Below are positions 1-8,300 of a stretch of 37,695 nt of DNA, one piece after another; the first letter of the stretch is position 1; the number at the start of each line of letters is the position of its first letter. The notes under the pieces are model-generated. The model worked only from the letters and a program-made list of their open reading frames with translations. It made no database searches and had not been told where the DNA came from. The DNA is from a virus (taxonomy: Duplodnaviria > Heunggongvirae > Uroviricota > Caudoviricetes): IMG/VR virus record IMGVR_UViG_2541047812_000003. One strand, written 5' to 3'. The position numbers were made by a program, and so were the translations under genes.

Positions 1-1254
1 ATGCTGGAACAAATGGGCATTGCCGCGAAGCAAGCCTCGTATAAATTAGCGCAACTCTCCAGCCGCGAAAAAAATCGTGTGCTGGAAAAAATCGCCGATG
101 AACTGGAAGCACAAAGCGAAAGTATCCTCAACGCTAACGCACAGGATGTTGCAGACGCGCGTGCCAATGGCCTTAGCGAAGCGATGCTTGACCGTCTGGC
201 ACTGACGCCCGCACGGCTGAAAGGCATTGCCGACGATGTGCGCCAGGTGTGCAATCTCGCCGATCCTGTGGGGCAGGTAATCGATGGCGGCGTACTGGAC
301 AGCGGCCTGCGTCTTGAGCGTCGTCGCGTACCGCTGGGGGTGATTGGCGTGATTTATGAAGCGCGCCCGAACGTGACGGTTGATGTTGCTTCCCTGTGCC
401 TGAAAACCGGTAACGCGGTGATCCTGCGCGGCGGCAAAGAAACCTGTCGCACTAACGCTGCAACGGTAGCGGTGATTCAGGACGCCCTGAAATCCTGCGG
501 CTTACCGGCGGGTGCCGTGCAGGCAATTGATAATTCTGACCGTGCGCTGGTCAGTGAAATGCTGCGTATGGATAAATACATCGACATGCTGATCCCGCGC
601 GGTGGGGCTGGTTTGCATAAACTGTGCCGCGAGCAGTCGACAATCCCGGTGATCACAGGCGGTATAGGCGTATGCCATATTTACGTTGATGAAAGCGCAG
701 AGATCGCTGAAGCATTAAAAGTGATCGTCAACGCGAAAACTCAGCGACCGAGCACATGTAATACGGTAGAAACGTTGCTGGTAAATAAAAACATCGCAGA
801 TAGCTTCCTGCCCGCATTAAGCAAACAAATGGCGGAAAGCGGCGTGACGTTACACGCTGATGCAGCCGCGCTGGCGCAGTTGCAGGCAGGCCCCGCGAAG
901 GTGGTGGCTGTTAAAGCCGAAGAGTATGACGATGAGTTTCTGTCATTAGATTTGAACGTCAAAATCGTTAGCGATCTGGATGACGCCATTGCCCATATTC
1001 GTGAACACGGCACGCAACACTCCGATGCGATCCTGACCCGCGATATGCGCAACGCCCAGCGTTTTGTTAACGAAGTGGATTCCTCCGCTGTTTACGTTAA
1101 CGCCTCTACGCGTTTTACCGACGGCGGCCAGTTTGGACTGGGGGCGGAAGTGGCGGTAAGCACACAAAAACTCCACGCGCGCGGCCCAATGGGGCTGGAA
1201 GCACTGACCACTTACAAGTGGATCGGCATTGGTGATTACACCATTCGTGCGTAA
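1..1254 (+). CDS. proA: gamma-glutamyl phosphate reductase (glutamate-5-semialdehyde dehydrogenase), complete
   Basis: 417-aa ORF beginning at window base 1 with ATG; translation matches the ProA family along its whole length (from memory of E. coli ProA); stop TAA at 1252-1254. Confidence 0.95.
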   Translation: MLEQMGIAAKQASYKLAQLSSREKNRVLEKIADELEAQSESILNANAQDVADARANGLSEAMLDRLALTPARLKGIADDVRQVCNLADPVGQVIDGGVLDSGLRLERRRVPLGVIGVIYEARPNVTVDVASLCLKTGNAVILRGGKETCRTNAATVAVIQDALKSCGLPAGAVQAIDNSDRALVSEMLRMDKYIDMLIPRGGAGLHKLCREQSTIPVITGGIGVCHIYVDESAEIAEALKVIVNAKTQRPSTCNTVETLLVNKNIADSFLPALSKQMAESGVTLHADAAALAQLQAGPAKVVAVKAEEYDDEFLSLDLNVKIVSDLDDAIAHIREHGTQHSDAILTRDMRNAQRFVNEVDSSAVYVNASTRFTDGGQFGLGAEVAVSTQKLHARGPMGLEALTTYKWIGIGDYTIRA

Positions 1255-1368
1255 ATAAAACCGGGTGATGCAAAAGTAGCCATTTGATTCACAAGGCCAT
1301 TGACGCATCGCCCGGTTAGTTTTAACCTTGTCCACCGTGATTCACGTTCGTGAACATGTCCTTTCAGA

Positions 1369-1444
1369 GCCGATATAGCTCAGTTGGTAGAGCAGCGCAT
1401 TCGTAATGCGAAGGTCGTAGGTTCGACTCCTATTATCGGCACCA
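1369..1444 (+). tRNA. thrW: tRNA-Thr (anticodon CGT)
   Basis: 76-nt GCCGATATAGCTCAGTTGGTAGAGCAGCGCATTCGTAATGCGAAGGTCGTAGGTTCGACTCCTATTATCGGCACCA: 7-bp acceptor stem, D-loop AGTTGGTA, anticodon loop TTCGTAA (CGT), T-arm GGTTCGACTCC, encoded CCA end. Sits 115 bp downstream of proA. Confidence 0.9.
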
Positions 1445-1458
1445 TTTAAATCAATAAG

Positions 1459-2622
1459 TTACACATCATTAGTACCTTCCTTATTTTTTGACTGGGACAA
1501 ATTTGGGACCGATGGGTTCAGGATCGAGTCTATTTGCCGTGCGTGTTCGGTAAGGTGATTAGGTGCAAGGTGAGCATATCGACGAACCATTTCGATAGAC
1601 TCCCAGCCTCCCATTTCCTGTAACACTGACAACGGGACTCCGGCTTGAACCAGCCAACTTGCCCAGGTGTGTCTCAAGTCGTGAAATCTGAAATCATCAA
1701 TACCAGCCCGTCTCAGCGCCGCTTTCCAGGCTGTGTTTGCGTCATACCGCATCTTCCTTACTGTTGGCGCTTTCGTTCCGTCTGGTTTGGTACAGCTTTC
1801 CTTGTACACAAATACCCAACGGTGATGATTCCCGATTTGTTTTTTCAAAACGCGACATGCAGTATCATTCAGCGCAACGCCAATTGCGCGGTTTGATTTA
1901 CTCTCTTCCGGGTTTATCCATGCCACCCGGCGCTGCATATCTATTTGTTGCCATTCAAGGTTGATGATGTTCGAGCGTCTTAAGCCTGTTGCCAGTGCAA
2001 ATTCAACAACAGACTTTAATGGCTCCGGACATTCATCAATCAGCCTTTGTGCTTCATGGGGCTCCAGCCAGCGGATCCGTTTATTCTTTGGTTGAGGCAC
2101 TTTAATAATTGGTGCCTTATCCAGCATTTTCCATTCACGCTCTGCGGCTCTTAGTAGGGCCTTTATAAATGAAAGATGCGTAGCCTTCGTTGCAACGGAC
2201 GCTGGTTTTGGCGTGTATTCTGGAACAGGTTTCCCTTTTTTTCTGCATGCTTCTGCCCTGAGTTTCCAGTTTTCCTCATGACGCCGGTTCGTCATTTTCT
2301 GCATTGCTGAATAAATTTTTGATTCAGTAATGTCTCTTAGTTGCATTCCTGCGAAATGTTGAAGCCAGAATCCGATCCGGCTTTTGTCATCGTCCAGTGA
2401 TTTTTTATGTGCTTTCTCTTCAAGCCACCTGACACACGCTTCCTCGAACGTTATATCAGGTATTTCACCAAGTTTGCTGACCCGCCATGCTTCAGCCTTT
2501 AGCTTGTCATGGAGTTCTGTCGCCTGCCTTTTGTCCTTTGTTCCAAGAGACTGTTTAAATCTTTTACCGTTCGGCAATGTGAAACTGGCGTACCATATTT
2601 CACCTCTGCGGAAGAGTGACAT
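1459..2622 (-). CDS. int: tyrosine-type site-specific integrase
   Basis: 387-aa ORF; N-terminus [14 protein letters not shown] typical of phage integrase arm-binding domains; C-terminal catalytic region with [17 protein letters not shown] and [16 protein letters not shown] (R..HxxR..Y signature). Adjacent to the tRNA. Confidence 0.9.
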   Translation of the reverse strand: MSLFRRGEIWYASFTLPNGKRFKQSLGTKDKRQATELHDKLKAEAWRVSKLGEIPDITFEEACVRWLEEKAHKKSLDDDKSRIGFWLQHFAGMQLRDITESKIYSAMQKMTNRRHEENWKLRAEACRKKGKPVPEYTPKPASVATKATHLSFIKALLRAAEREWKMLDKAPIIKVPQPKNKRIRWLEPHEAQRLIDECPEPLKSVVEFALATGLRRSNIINLEWQQIDMQRRVAWINPEESKSNRAIGVALNDTACRVLKKQIGNHHRWVFVYKESCTKPDGTKAPTVRKMRYDANTAWKAALRRAGIDDFRFHDLRHTWASWLVQAGVPLSVLQEMGGWESIEMVRRYAHLAPNHLTEHARQIDSILNPSVPNLSQSKNKEGTNDV

Positions 2623-2849
2623 TTTCTTTCCTCTGTTATGCCATCACCCGCGCTCACCTGGACAGTATGCAGCGGAGACTGAAGAGCCGCAATGCAGGCT
2701 TGTCGTGTTGTGAGGTAAGGAGATTTATTCTTAGTGGGATCTTTGCGTGTTGCCTGAAGACGCCCTGTGCGTATCCAGTTAATGGCAGTCGGTCTGGATA
2801 TCTTGAGAAAATGACAGGCCTCATCGAGTGTGAGGCTGTATGGCTCCAT
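2499..2849 (-). CDS. excisionase-like HTH protein (Xis/AlpA type); start taken at internal Met
   Basis: Internal Met ([31 protein letters not shown]) of track ORF 2499..2933 preceded by a GAGGTG Shine-Dalgarno; HTH-like N-terminus; located directly upstream of int and overlapping the int 5' end by 124 nt, which is unusually long. Confidence 0.5.
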   Translation of the reverse strand: MEPYSLTLDEACHFLKISRPTAINWIRTGRLQATRKDPTKNKSPYLTTRQACIAALQSPLHTVQVSAGDGITEERKCHSSAEVKYGTPVSHCRTVKDLNSLLEQRTKGRRQNSMTS

Positions 2850-3154
2850 TATTTCACCTCTTGCTGTGACATTGTTGAAAAATGGATACCAGCTCGTTGC
2901 TGCCAGACGATCCAACCGAGAGTCATATCCCATGCCATGTATTCGTTATCGCCGTTTTTTGCTCTCCGACGATCTACTAAGTCACCGAAACGCTTTTCCA
3001 TGAATAATTCATAAGTTTCGCGTTCATCTGGTTCTACTTCCAGAGATAGGAGTGCGATTTCATAAGCACGGCGCTCAATATCGTCTCGCACGTCAAGGCT
3101 GCTGATACGCTCTTTAATTTCTTTAATCAGTTCTTTGTCGGTAAAAGTGGTCAT
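2849..3154 (-). CDS. phage early protein, 101 aa (YfdT-like by length and position; from memory)
   Basis: ATG at 3154 with upstream GGAG; stop overlaps the downstream xis start; part of a tightly packed leftward operon. Confidence 0.55.
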   Translation of the reverse strand: MTTFTDKELIKEIKERISSLDVRDDIERRAYEIALLSLEVEPDERETYELFMEKRFGDLVDRRRAKNGDNEYMAWDMTLGWIVWQQRAGIHFSTMSQQEVK

Positions 3155-3516
3155 TATGCTCCAGCCTCCGGTGCTTTTGGCATTACTGCCCAGTGAGTGA
3201 TATTGACGTTTTCAAGGTCCCCGACCTGAAATGTCCACTGCCATTCTCCGGTTTCTTTTTGTCCCCAGGTGTACCAGAGAGAACGCCAGCCAATTAGCCA
3301 GCCTTCTCCGTTAGCATCGAATAACAAAACACTTTCATTTGCTGGTGGCAGTTCAGTTGACACTGGTATTACTTTGTTTTCCTGTGCTGCACATTTAGCT
3401 TCAAGCGCATCGAATTTACGCACCAGGTATTCAGCATCTGTTTCATTTACTTTCAGATCTCGCGGTACACATCTCCCACGAAGAAACCCTTCCATTTCGA
3501 AAACATTCATGCGCAT
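3154..3516 (-). CDS. DUF551-like phage protein (YfdS-like)
   Basis: 120-aa ORF with C-terminal ...ITHWAVMPKAPE resembling the DUF551 HWMPLP-type ending; GGAG Shine-Dalgarno 8 nt upstream of ATG; stop/start overlap with neighbours. Confidence 0.6.
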   Translation of the reverse strand: MRMNVFEMEGFLRGRCVPRDLKVNETDAEYLVRKFDALEAKCAAQENKVIPVSTELPPANESVLLFDANGEGWLIGWRSLWYTWGQKETGEWQWTFQVGDLENVNITHWAVMPKAPEAGA

Positions 3517-4043
3517 TTGCGTAACTCCGATAACTCGTTAAAGCGTTCCATAAACATCCCGTAGGCATGGCCCGGTGCCAGTGGAATCACGTTGAACATC
3601 TCTGTTGCCGGGATACCTTCCAGTACAGGCCAGAAAGAGCCATCATCAAGCCCGAGATCGCGGCGTTCGGTTGCCAGCATGATGAGATCGGCATATTTCA
3701 CGGGCGTACTCATAACTGGGGGTAACCCGTATTTCTCACGGATTACGGCGTCTATTTTTTCTTCCATTTGTTTATAGTCAGGAAGAAGGCGTTTCAGTGG
3801 TGCGGGAATGTCCTGGCAATACGCTTCTGTTGCATCATGCATTAACGCTTCAAAAGCAAATTCCTGCGGCACCAACTGGCTGCAAAGAACCGCATGTTGG
3901 GCGACGCTGTAGAAGTGCGAAAGATGACCGGCAAAGCGACAGATATTTGAAAGGGAAACCGCGATATCGTTAATATCGATGTCGTCTTTATTTATCCTGT
4001 CATAATAAAAATGCTTCCCGGAAAAAGTTTTAATAAATGACAT
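3507..4043 (-). CDS. HD-domain phosphohydrolase (YfdR-like 5'-deoxynucleotidase)
   Basis: Start at internal ATG (MSFIKTFSGK...) preceded by GGAG, rather than the track GTG at 4070; contains H...H and the HD dyad (EALMHDATEAY) of HD hydrolases; 178 aa. Confidence 0.75.
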   Translation of the reverse strand: MSFIKTFSGKHFYYDRINKDDIDINDIAVSLSNICRFAGHLSHFYSVAQHAVLCSQLVPQEFAFEALMHDATEAYCQDIPAPLKRLLPDYKQMEEKIDAVIREKYGLPPVMSTPVKYADLIMLATERRDLGLDDGSFWPVLEGIPATEMFNVIPLAPGHAYGMFMERFNELSELRKCA

Positions 4044-4170
4044 TTTGTTCTCCACGTATATGCGCTGCACCGCGCTGAATTCTGGTAAAAAGAATCCCTC
4101 ACCATCCGGCGATTATTGAGTAAATTACGTTTCCATAAATGCCCCCGCAAGGGCATTTGCAGTAATGAAA

Positions 4171-4995
4171 TCAGGCGGTGAAAGTACCAATAAAGGTTTC
4201 TACTTTGCTGTCCTTGAATTTCTCAACAAGCAGATCACGAAATTCGTTAGCCATTTCTTCCTGCACCGCCTCCAGCTGAATAATGCGCAGAACCAGTACA
4301 GGACGATCGCCAGTGATAATACTGAGGCGTAATTTAAACGGACGTTCTTTCAGACCTTCAAACGGAACGCATTTAAATTCAAATGCCACTGGCATAATGT
4401 CTTTGGTCTTCGCTTCGACAGACTCCATCAGGGAGCGTTTGCCGCTGAAGTCATTATCTTCAAAATCAGCGGTCTGGTTTGCTTCAATCGTGATTTTACG
4501 GACAGCCGCAGCCGCTTTTGTTGCCTGAATAGCGTCACCATTAGCATCAAAGCCCACAAGATAGTCGGCCCAGTCTTCAATCCATTCTGCCAGTGACTTC
4601 TGGGAGTTACGCTCGCCGTTAACAGACAACAGAGCAGAGAACGGTGCTGTCTTTTTCAGTTTGAGTGTGGCGGTGTTATCTGCGTGACCTGGTTCATCAA
4701 TAGTACCCAGGTTAAGCATACTGACGGCACGCATATTATCAGCATCGATAAAGCAGCGGGTGCCTTCATCTGCAAGATCTTTAGAATAACGGGTAAAGTC
4801 ATCGATGCTGGCAGTGGAAAGCGCACCACGGAAACGGAAGCGATTTAAATTAAATTTTTCCAGATCATGAATGCGGAAATTCTCAGGCAATGCCACAGCA
4901 TCGGCACCAATCTTACTGATAATTTCATTAACACCCTGAGCAGAAATAAGGGCATGGATTTGATTAATTGCGGTTGCGTCTAAGTTCTGAGACAT
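4171..4995 (-). CDS. DUF2303/YfdQ-like phage protein
   Basis: 274-aa ORF with ATG and GAGGA Shine-Dalgarno; length and position match YfdQ of the CPS-53 early block (assignment from memory, no search run). Confidence 0.65.
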   Translation of the reverse strand: MSQNLDATAINQIHALISAQGVNEIISKIGADAVALPENFRIHDLEKFNLNRFRFRGALSTASIDDFTRYSKDLADEGTRCFIDADNMRAVSMLNLGTIDEPGHADNTATLKLKKTAPFSALLSVNGERNSQKSLAEWIEDWADYLVGFDANGDAIQATKAAAAVRKITIEANQTADFEDNDFSGKRSLMESVEAKTKDIMPVAFEFKCVPFEGLKERPFKLRLSIITGDRPVLVLRIIQLEAVQEEMANEFRDLLVEKFKDSKVETFIGTFTA

Positions 4996-5061
4996 AATAA
5001 GTCCTCACTATATTAAAGATATTCAGTGATAAGATGAATAATTAGTTTATTAAAAACGATA

Positions 5062-5424
5062 TTAACGACCTGCTGCGCGGAGTTTTCCGTCAGGTTCACC
5101 GGCAAGAGTCAGTAATTGTCCCTGGTCTTCCTGCAGAATAGTCAGGCGACCACCGCGATTGACATACATCGGCGTTTCGGTGGTGTCTTCTTCGGAAATT
5201 TTCCCGCGGTTAGTCGGGCGAACATATGAGAGTTTGTGTTTGATTTTCACACGGTTCTCATCAAATGGTTCGATTTCCAGGTTGAGCGAGACCTTACCTT
5301 TGGTTTTCGTGTTCATCACACCGGAAGCGACTTCACTGAGAACTGCGCCGATTTTGGTTTCAAATACGCCGCCGTCCAGCTCCCCGATAAATGCCTGCAC
5401 ATCAGTACTGCGTTCGCTAGCCAT
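5062..5424 (-). CDS. phage early protein, 120 aa (YfdP-like)
   Basis: Start at internal ATG (MASERSTDVQAFIGELDGG...) preceded by GAGGAG; the upstream 106 codons of the track ORF are Cys/Arg-rich and not protein-like, and overlap the structured non-coding region. Confidence 0.55.
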   Translation of the reverse strand: MASERSTDVQAFIGELDGGVFETKIGAVLSEVASGVMNTKTKGKVSLNLEIEPFDENRVKIKHKLSYVRPTNRGKISEEDTTETPMYVNRGGRLTILQEDQGQLLTLAGEPDGKLRAAGR

Positions 5425-5472
5425 TTTGCTGCTCCTCATCATATCGACCCTGCAAGGTCGGTTGGTTTCTCC

Positions 5473-5561
5473 ACAAAACAGAGAAGAACACCTGCGGTGG
5501 CAGCCGCCCGGATGGATTGGGTTATGAGCCCGTCGTCCGGTGATGCTCTTCTCTGTTTTGT
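5473..5561. repeat. perfect 15-bp inverted repeat (ACAAAACAGAGAAGA / TCTTCTCTGTTTTGT) flanking a 59-nt GC-rich segment
   Basis: Read directly from the sequence; lies in a ~470 bp stretch (5425-5892) with no convincing ORF, alongside further hairpins (GGTACCAG...CTGGTACC) and GGTGCC direct repeats. Confidence 0.6.
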
Positions 5562-5825
5562 AAAAAGGACGGTACCAGCCGGAAGCAAGGGTACAAACTG
5601 GTACCTCCAGGACTACACACAGCATAAAGTTGTGGTGCCGGGTGCCTCCCGGTGCCTGGCGAAGGTTGCACACCAGACGGGTGGGTATCCACAGAAGGTC
5701 GACTGTCAGCCTCAACCTTAACCCGCGTGCGCTGAGCCGCATTCACCACAACGCTAAGGATTCTCTCTGGTTAAAAATACTTAGCTGTTATGTGCCTGCT
5801 TTTAGCCACATCAGGCGAGGTGGAC

Positions 5826-5877
5826 CTGGTTATTCCCCAACAACAAGGATTCGGTTAATCTGGTTATTCCCAACAAC
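5826..5877 (+). repeat. two direct repeats CTGGTTATTCC(C)CAACAAC spaced 34 bp, immediately upstream of the 5893 gene
   Basis: Seen in sequence; the second copy ends 15 nt before the ATG and abuts the AAAGGAAAAG ribosome-binding region. Confidence 0.5.
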
Positions 5878-5892
5878 GCAAAAGGAAAAGAA

Positions 5893-6327
5893 ATGTCCGG
5901 TAATATCTACACGCTGTACAAATCCCACTGTGAAAATGTTGGAAAGTATCGGGGCATTGAAATCAGTGGGGTAGTGTCATCAGTCGAAATAAGCAAAGTG
6001 GAATCAAGGGCAACATTACTTACTCTTCTGGACCTTGTCTTACATGAGCACCGGAAGAAATTCGGCACTCCCTATAATCAGTTGAATGGGAAAAAGGCTC
6101 TGGTTCACCTTATTCTGATGAAGCATCACTGGATGCCAAAACAGATTAATGAGATGAAATTTGATGAACTTCTTCTTTCAATTCAGGATGAACTCACACT
6201 TGATAAAATAAGCGTAACCGCCCAGAAATTTTTAGATTATCGAGACTGGAGATCACAAATTCATCACTTTGATGATTTTGACGAAAATGAATGGGATCCT
6301 AATTTGTCTGCACAATATCTAAAGTAA
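5893..6327 (+). CDS. hypothetical protein, 144 aa, low-GC orphan gene opposite to the early-left operon
   Basis: ATG with purine-rich Shine-Dalgarno; markedly AT-rich versus neighbours; no family recognised; followed by a plus-oriented intrinsic terminator near 6564-6590. Confidence 0.55.
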   Translation: MSGNIYTLYKSHCENVGKYRGIEISGVVSSVEISKVESRATLLTLLDLVLHEHRKKFGTPYNQLNGKKALVHLILMKHHWMPKQINEMKFDELLLSIQDELTLDKISVTAQKFLDYRDWRSQIHHFDDFDENEWDPNLSAQYLK

Positions 6328-6505
6328 CATCCTGTGATAAAACCGTGATTTCCTGATCCAGTTTTTTTAAGGAGTCTATTGTTTCCTGTCGATAAGACAG
6401 CACTTCACGAAGCTGGTTTATAGCTGCCAGCTTCTTTGCCATCCACTCGTAAATTTCCTCATTTGTGTATCCGGGCGCGACGATTGTGGGTTCTGTTTTG
6501 TGCAT
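6299..6505 (-). CDS. small hypothetical protein (68 aa), first gene of the leftward transcript
   Basis: Internal ATG (MHKTEPTIVAPGY...) preceded by a strong GAGGAGGTG Shine-Dalgarno; downstream of a consensus-like leftward promoter; predicted coiled-coil-like; 3' end overlaps the convergent 5893..6327 gene by 29 nt. Confidence 0.5.
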   Translation of the reverse strand: MHKTEPTIVAPGYTNEEIYEWMAKKLAAINQLREVLSYRQETIDSLKKLDQEITVLSQDVTLDIVQTN

Positions 6506-6563
6506 TTCACACCTCCTCAAGTTATCAGTTACTTGTTGATGGGGACCAGATTGTTAAAGAGCT

Positions 6564-6590
6564 AAGCGTCCTGTAGGGCGCTTTTTTGTT
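6564..6590 (+). terminator. candidate rho-independent terminator (plus orientation)
   Basis: AAGCGTCC-TGTA-GGGCGCTT hairpin followed by TTTTTTGTT; would terminate transcripts from the 5893..6327 gene. Confidence 0.45.
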
Positions 6591-6672
6591 GCTAACGAAT
6601 CACCCTAGACTTTATATGCCCCAGGCGGCTACTTCGTGGGCGTCCTGCCTGTTCGTTGTTTCTCTTGGGTAC

Positions 6673-6700
6673 ATTATGTATCTCATGGGTACATTGTCAA
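6673..6700 (-). promoter_or_regulatory. sigma70-type leftward promoter (PL-like) with overlapping direct repeats
   Basis: On the minus strand TTGACA-N16-CATAAT; GGGTACATT occurs twice (about 6667-6675 and 6687-6695, plus-strand reading), overlapping the -35/-10 region as candidate operator sites. Confidence 0.5.
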
Positions 6701-6703
6701 GTA

Positions 6704-6725
6704 TAAAAAAACCTGCCGAAGCAGG
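6704..6725 (-). terminator. rho-independent terminator downstream of the repressor gene
   Basis: Minus-strand hairpin CCTGC-TTCG-GCAGG followed by an 8-nt U-run (plus-strand A-run at 6704-6711), 15 bp after the repressor stop. Confidence 0.55.
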
Positions 6726-6739
6726 TTCATAAACATTGA

Positions 6740-7414
6740 TTAGGCTTTGATTTTGTATCTTCTTGGTTTTCCTGAGAAAATCACAGTTCCAATTATAGAG
6801 CAATTACCGTTGATCTTAATGTAAGGCTCAGGCCAGTTTGGGTTTAACGCTTTGAGATAACGCTGTGTCCCATCTTCTATCAACCTTTTGAAGGTGGTTT
6901 CACCTGTATCGTGCATCAATGCAATAACGTCGTCACCGTGGCAGGCAGGGACTTCGGGATCAACAAAAATCATGTCTCCAGGGCGGTACTCATCAATCAT
7001 TGAATCACCAATCACCCGCAAGATATAAGTCATTTCGCCACAGGGTACAGGGCAGGGGTAAGTTTCTGCTGTGCTCAAATCAACCTCAGAATAGCCAACT
7101 TCTTTCCATGCTCCGGCCTGTACCCATGATATGACAGGGACTAACGTTATTTGTTTGTTAGTGATTGAAACATCAGGTTTTTTTGTGATGTTCGTGGTCT
7201 GGTGTTCTTGATCAAGCCATCCGACAGGCAGGTCGAAACATTTTTCGATGTGCCGCGCCATGCTGTCACCGATATTTTTAGTAGCACCATCTCCCATAAA
7301 CCTGCTGGTCTGGGTTGGCTCGCGATCAATCATGGTGGCAAAGGAAGAATTCCCGCCAACACCATCTCTCAGTTTTCTGGCGTTAGACCGCCGGATGTCA
7401 TGGATTGTTTTCAT
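6740..7414 (-). CDS. CI-like prophage repressor (N-terminal HTH, C-terminal S24 LexA-type self-cleaving peptidase domain)
   Basis: 224 aa; C-terminal half carries ILRVIGDSMIDEYRPGDMIFVDP (Ser nucleophile in GDSM) and a downstream Lys region typical of the S24 family; divergent from a Cro-like gene. Confidence 0.85.
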   Translation of the reverse strand: MKTIHDIRRSNARKLRDGVGGNSSFATMIDREPTQTSRFMGDGATKNIGDSMARHIEKCFDLPVGWLDQEHQTTNITKKPDVSITNKQITLVPVISWVQAGAWKEVGYSEVDLSTAETYPCPVPCGEMTYILRVIGDSMIDEYRPGDMIFVDPEVPACHGDDVIALMHDTGETTFKRLIEDGTQRYLKALNPNWPEPYIKINGNCSIIGTVIFSGKPRRYKIKA

Positions 7415-7430
7415 AACGAAATTAAAACCT

Positions 7431-7449
7431 TTGTACCGATAAGGTACAA
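7431..7449. promoter_or_regulatory. operator-like palindrome TTGTACC-GATAA-GGTACAA in the repressor/cro divergent promoter region
   Basis: Perfect 7-bp inverted repeat with 5-bp spacer, 17 bp upstream of the repressor start codon; the GGTACA half-site recurs at the leftward promoter near 6667-6695. Confidence 0.45.
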
Positions 7450-7504
7450 GTATCTTGAAGGTTCATTTCAATCATGTAATATGTATATCGGAGGTACATA
7501 TTGT

Positions 7505-7705
7505 ATGAAAGCGTATTGGGACTCTTTAACCAAAGAACAGCAGGGCGAGTTGGCCGGAAAAGTTGGCTCAACACCTGGCTACTTACGGCTGGTTTTCAAT
7601 GGTTATAAAAAAGCCAGTTTTGTGCTGGCGAAAAAACTTGAGCAATGCACGTCAGGTGCAATTACGAAATCTGACTTAAGGCCGGATATCTATCCGAAAG
7701 ATTAA
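7505..7705 (+). CDS. Cro-like HTH regulator (66 aa; alternative start 7481)
   Basis: Small basic HTH-like protein (MKAYWDSLTKEQQGELAGKVGSTPGYLRLVFNGYKK...) transcribed divergently from the repressor; GGAGG upstream; track ORF 7202..7705 is over-extended into the repressor gene. Confidence 0.65.
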   Translation: MKAYWDSLTKEQQGELAGKVGSTPGYLRLVFNGYKKASFVLAKKLEQCTSGAITKSDLRPDIYPKD

Positions 7706-7736
7706 CAGAACACCTTCAATTTTTAACCACAGAACG

Positions 7737-8300
7737 ATGAGGCTAACCGTGGGTAAGTATCACTGGAAAGTAGAAAAACAGCCTGAGTGGTACGTGAAAG
7801 CTGTCAGAAAAACTATCGCAGCGTTGCCGGGTGGTTACGCTGAAGCAGCTGACTGGCTGGATGTAACAGAGAACGCATTATTTAACCGCCTTCGTGCCGA
7901 TGGCGATCAGATTTTCCCGCTGGGATGGGCAATGGTTTTACAGCGCGCGGCTGGCACTCACTACATTGCGGATGCTGTCGCACAGTCTGCTGGTGGGGTG
8001 TTCGTATCGCTTCCTGAAATTGAGGAAGTAGAGAACGCCGATATAAACCAGCGCCTGCTGGAAGTCATCGAACAGATCGGGAATTACTCAAAGCAGATTC
8101 GTTCGGCAATCGAAGATGGGGTCGTGGAGCCACACGAGCAGACAGCAATTAATGATGAGTTGTATCTGTCAATTTCGAAGCTCCAAGAGCATGCAGCACT
8201 GGTCTACAAAATCTTTTGCGCTCCAGAAAAGAGTGACGCCCGCGAGTGTGCAGCTCCGGGCGTCGTGGCGTTTTGTGTCTGTGGAGAAACTAACGCATGA
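7737..8300 (+). CDS. CII-like phage regulatory protein (possible CP76-type)
   Basis: 187-aa ORF directly after cro in the rightward operon; family call from position and general resemblance only; start could be the in-frame GTG 12 nt downstream, which has a GAGG Shine-Dalgarno. Confidence 0.5.
   Translation: MRLTVGKYHWKVEKQPEWYVKAVRKTIAALPGGYAEAADWLDVTENALFNRLRADGDQIFPLGWAMVLQRAAGTHYIADAVAQSAGGVFVSLPEIEEVENADINQRLLEVIEQIGNYSKQIRSAIEDGVVEPHEQTAINDELYLSISKLQEHAALVYKIFCAPEKSDARECAAPGVVAFCVCGETNA

Noticed and set aside
741-1335. Minus-strand ORFs 741..1052 and 946..1335 inside and just after proA
   Set aside because: Antisense to a well-supported proA reading frame; translations are Ser/Cys/Arg-rich and not protein-like.
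1645-3014. Plus-strand ORFs overlapping the integrase and excisionase genes (1645..1896, 1737..1964, 2384..2713, 2616..3014)
   Set aside because: Antisense shadows of the int/xis coding region with low-complexity translations and no ribosome-binding sites.
5440-5760. Retron (msr-msd) interpretation of the long inverted repeat
   Set aside because: No reverse transcriptase gene is adjacent; both flanking genes are small non-RT proteins.
5159-5974. Track ORFs 5159..5527, 5236..5721, 5522..5749 and 5630..5974 in the structured region
   Set aside because: Mutually overlapping, Arg/Pro/Cys-rich and lacking ribosome-binding sites; the region is better explained as non-coding structure. Not fully excluded without expression data.
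5826-6327. Type III toxin-antitoxin (ToxIN-like) interpretation of the direct repeats plus downstream gene
   Set aside because: Only two repeat copies, no terminator between repeats and gene (the second repeat abuts the ribosome-binding site), and the protein shows no obvious ToxN/AbiQ-like features.
7202-7500. Long 5' extension of the cro ORF (7202..7705) and ORF 7248..7442
   Set aside because: They overlap the repressor gene on the opposite strand; the Cro-like domain begins at the internal Met near 7505.
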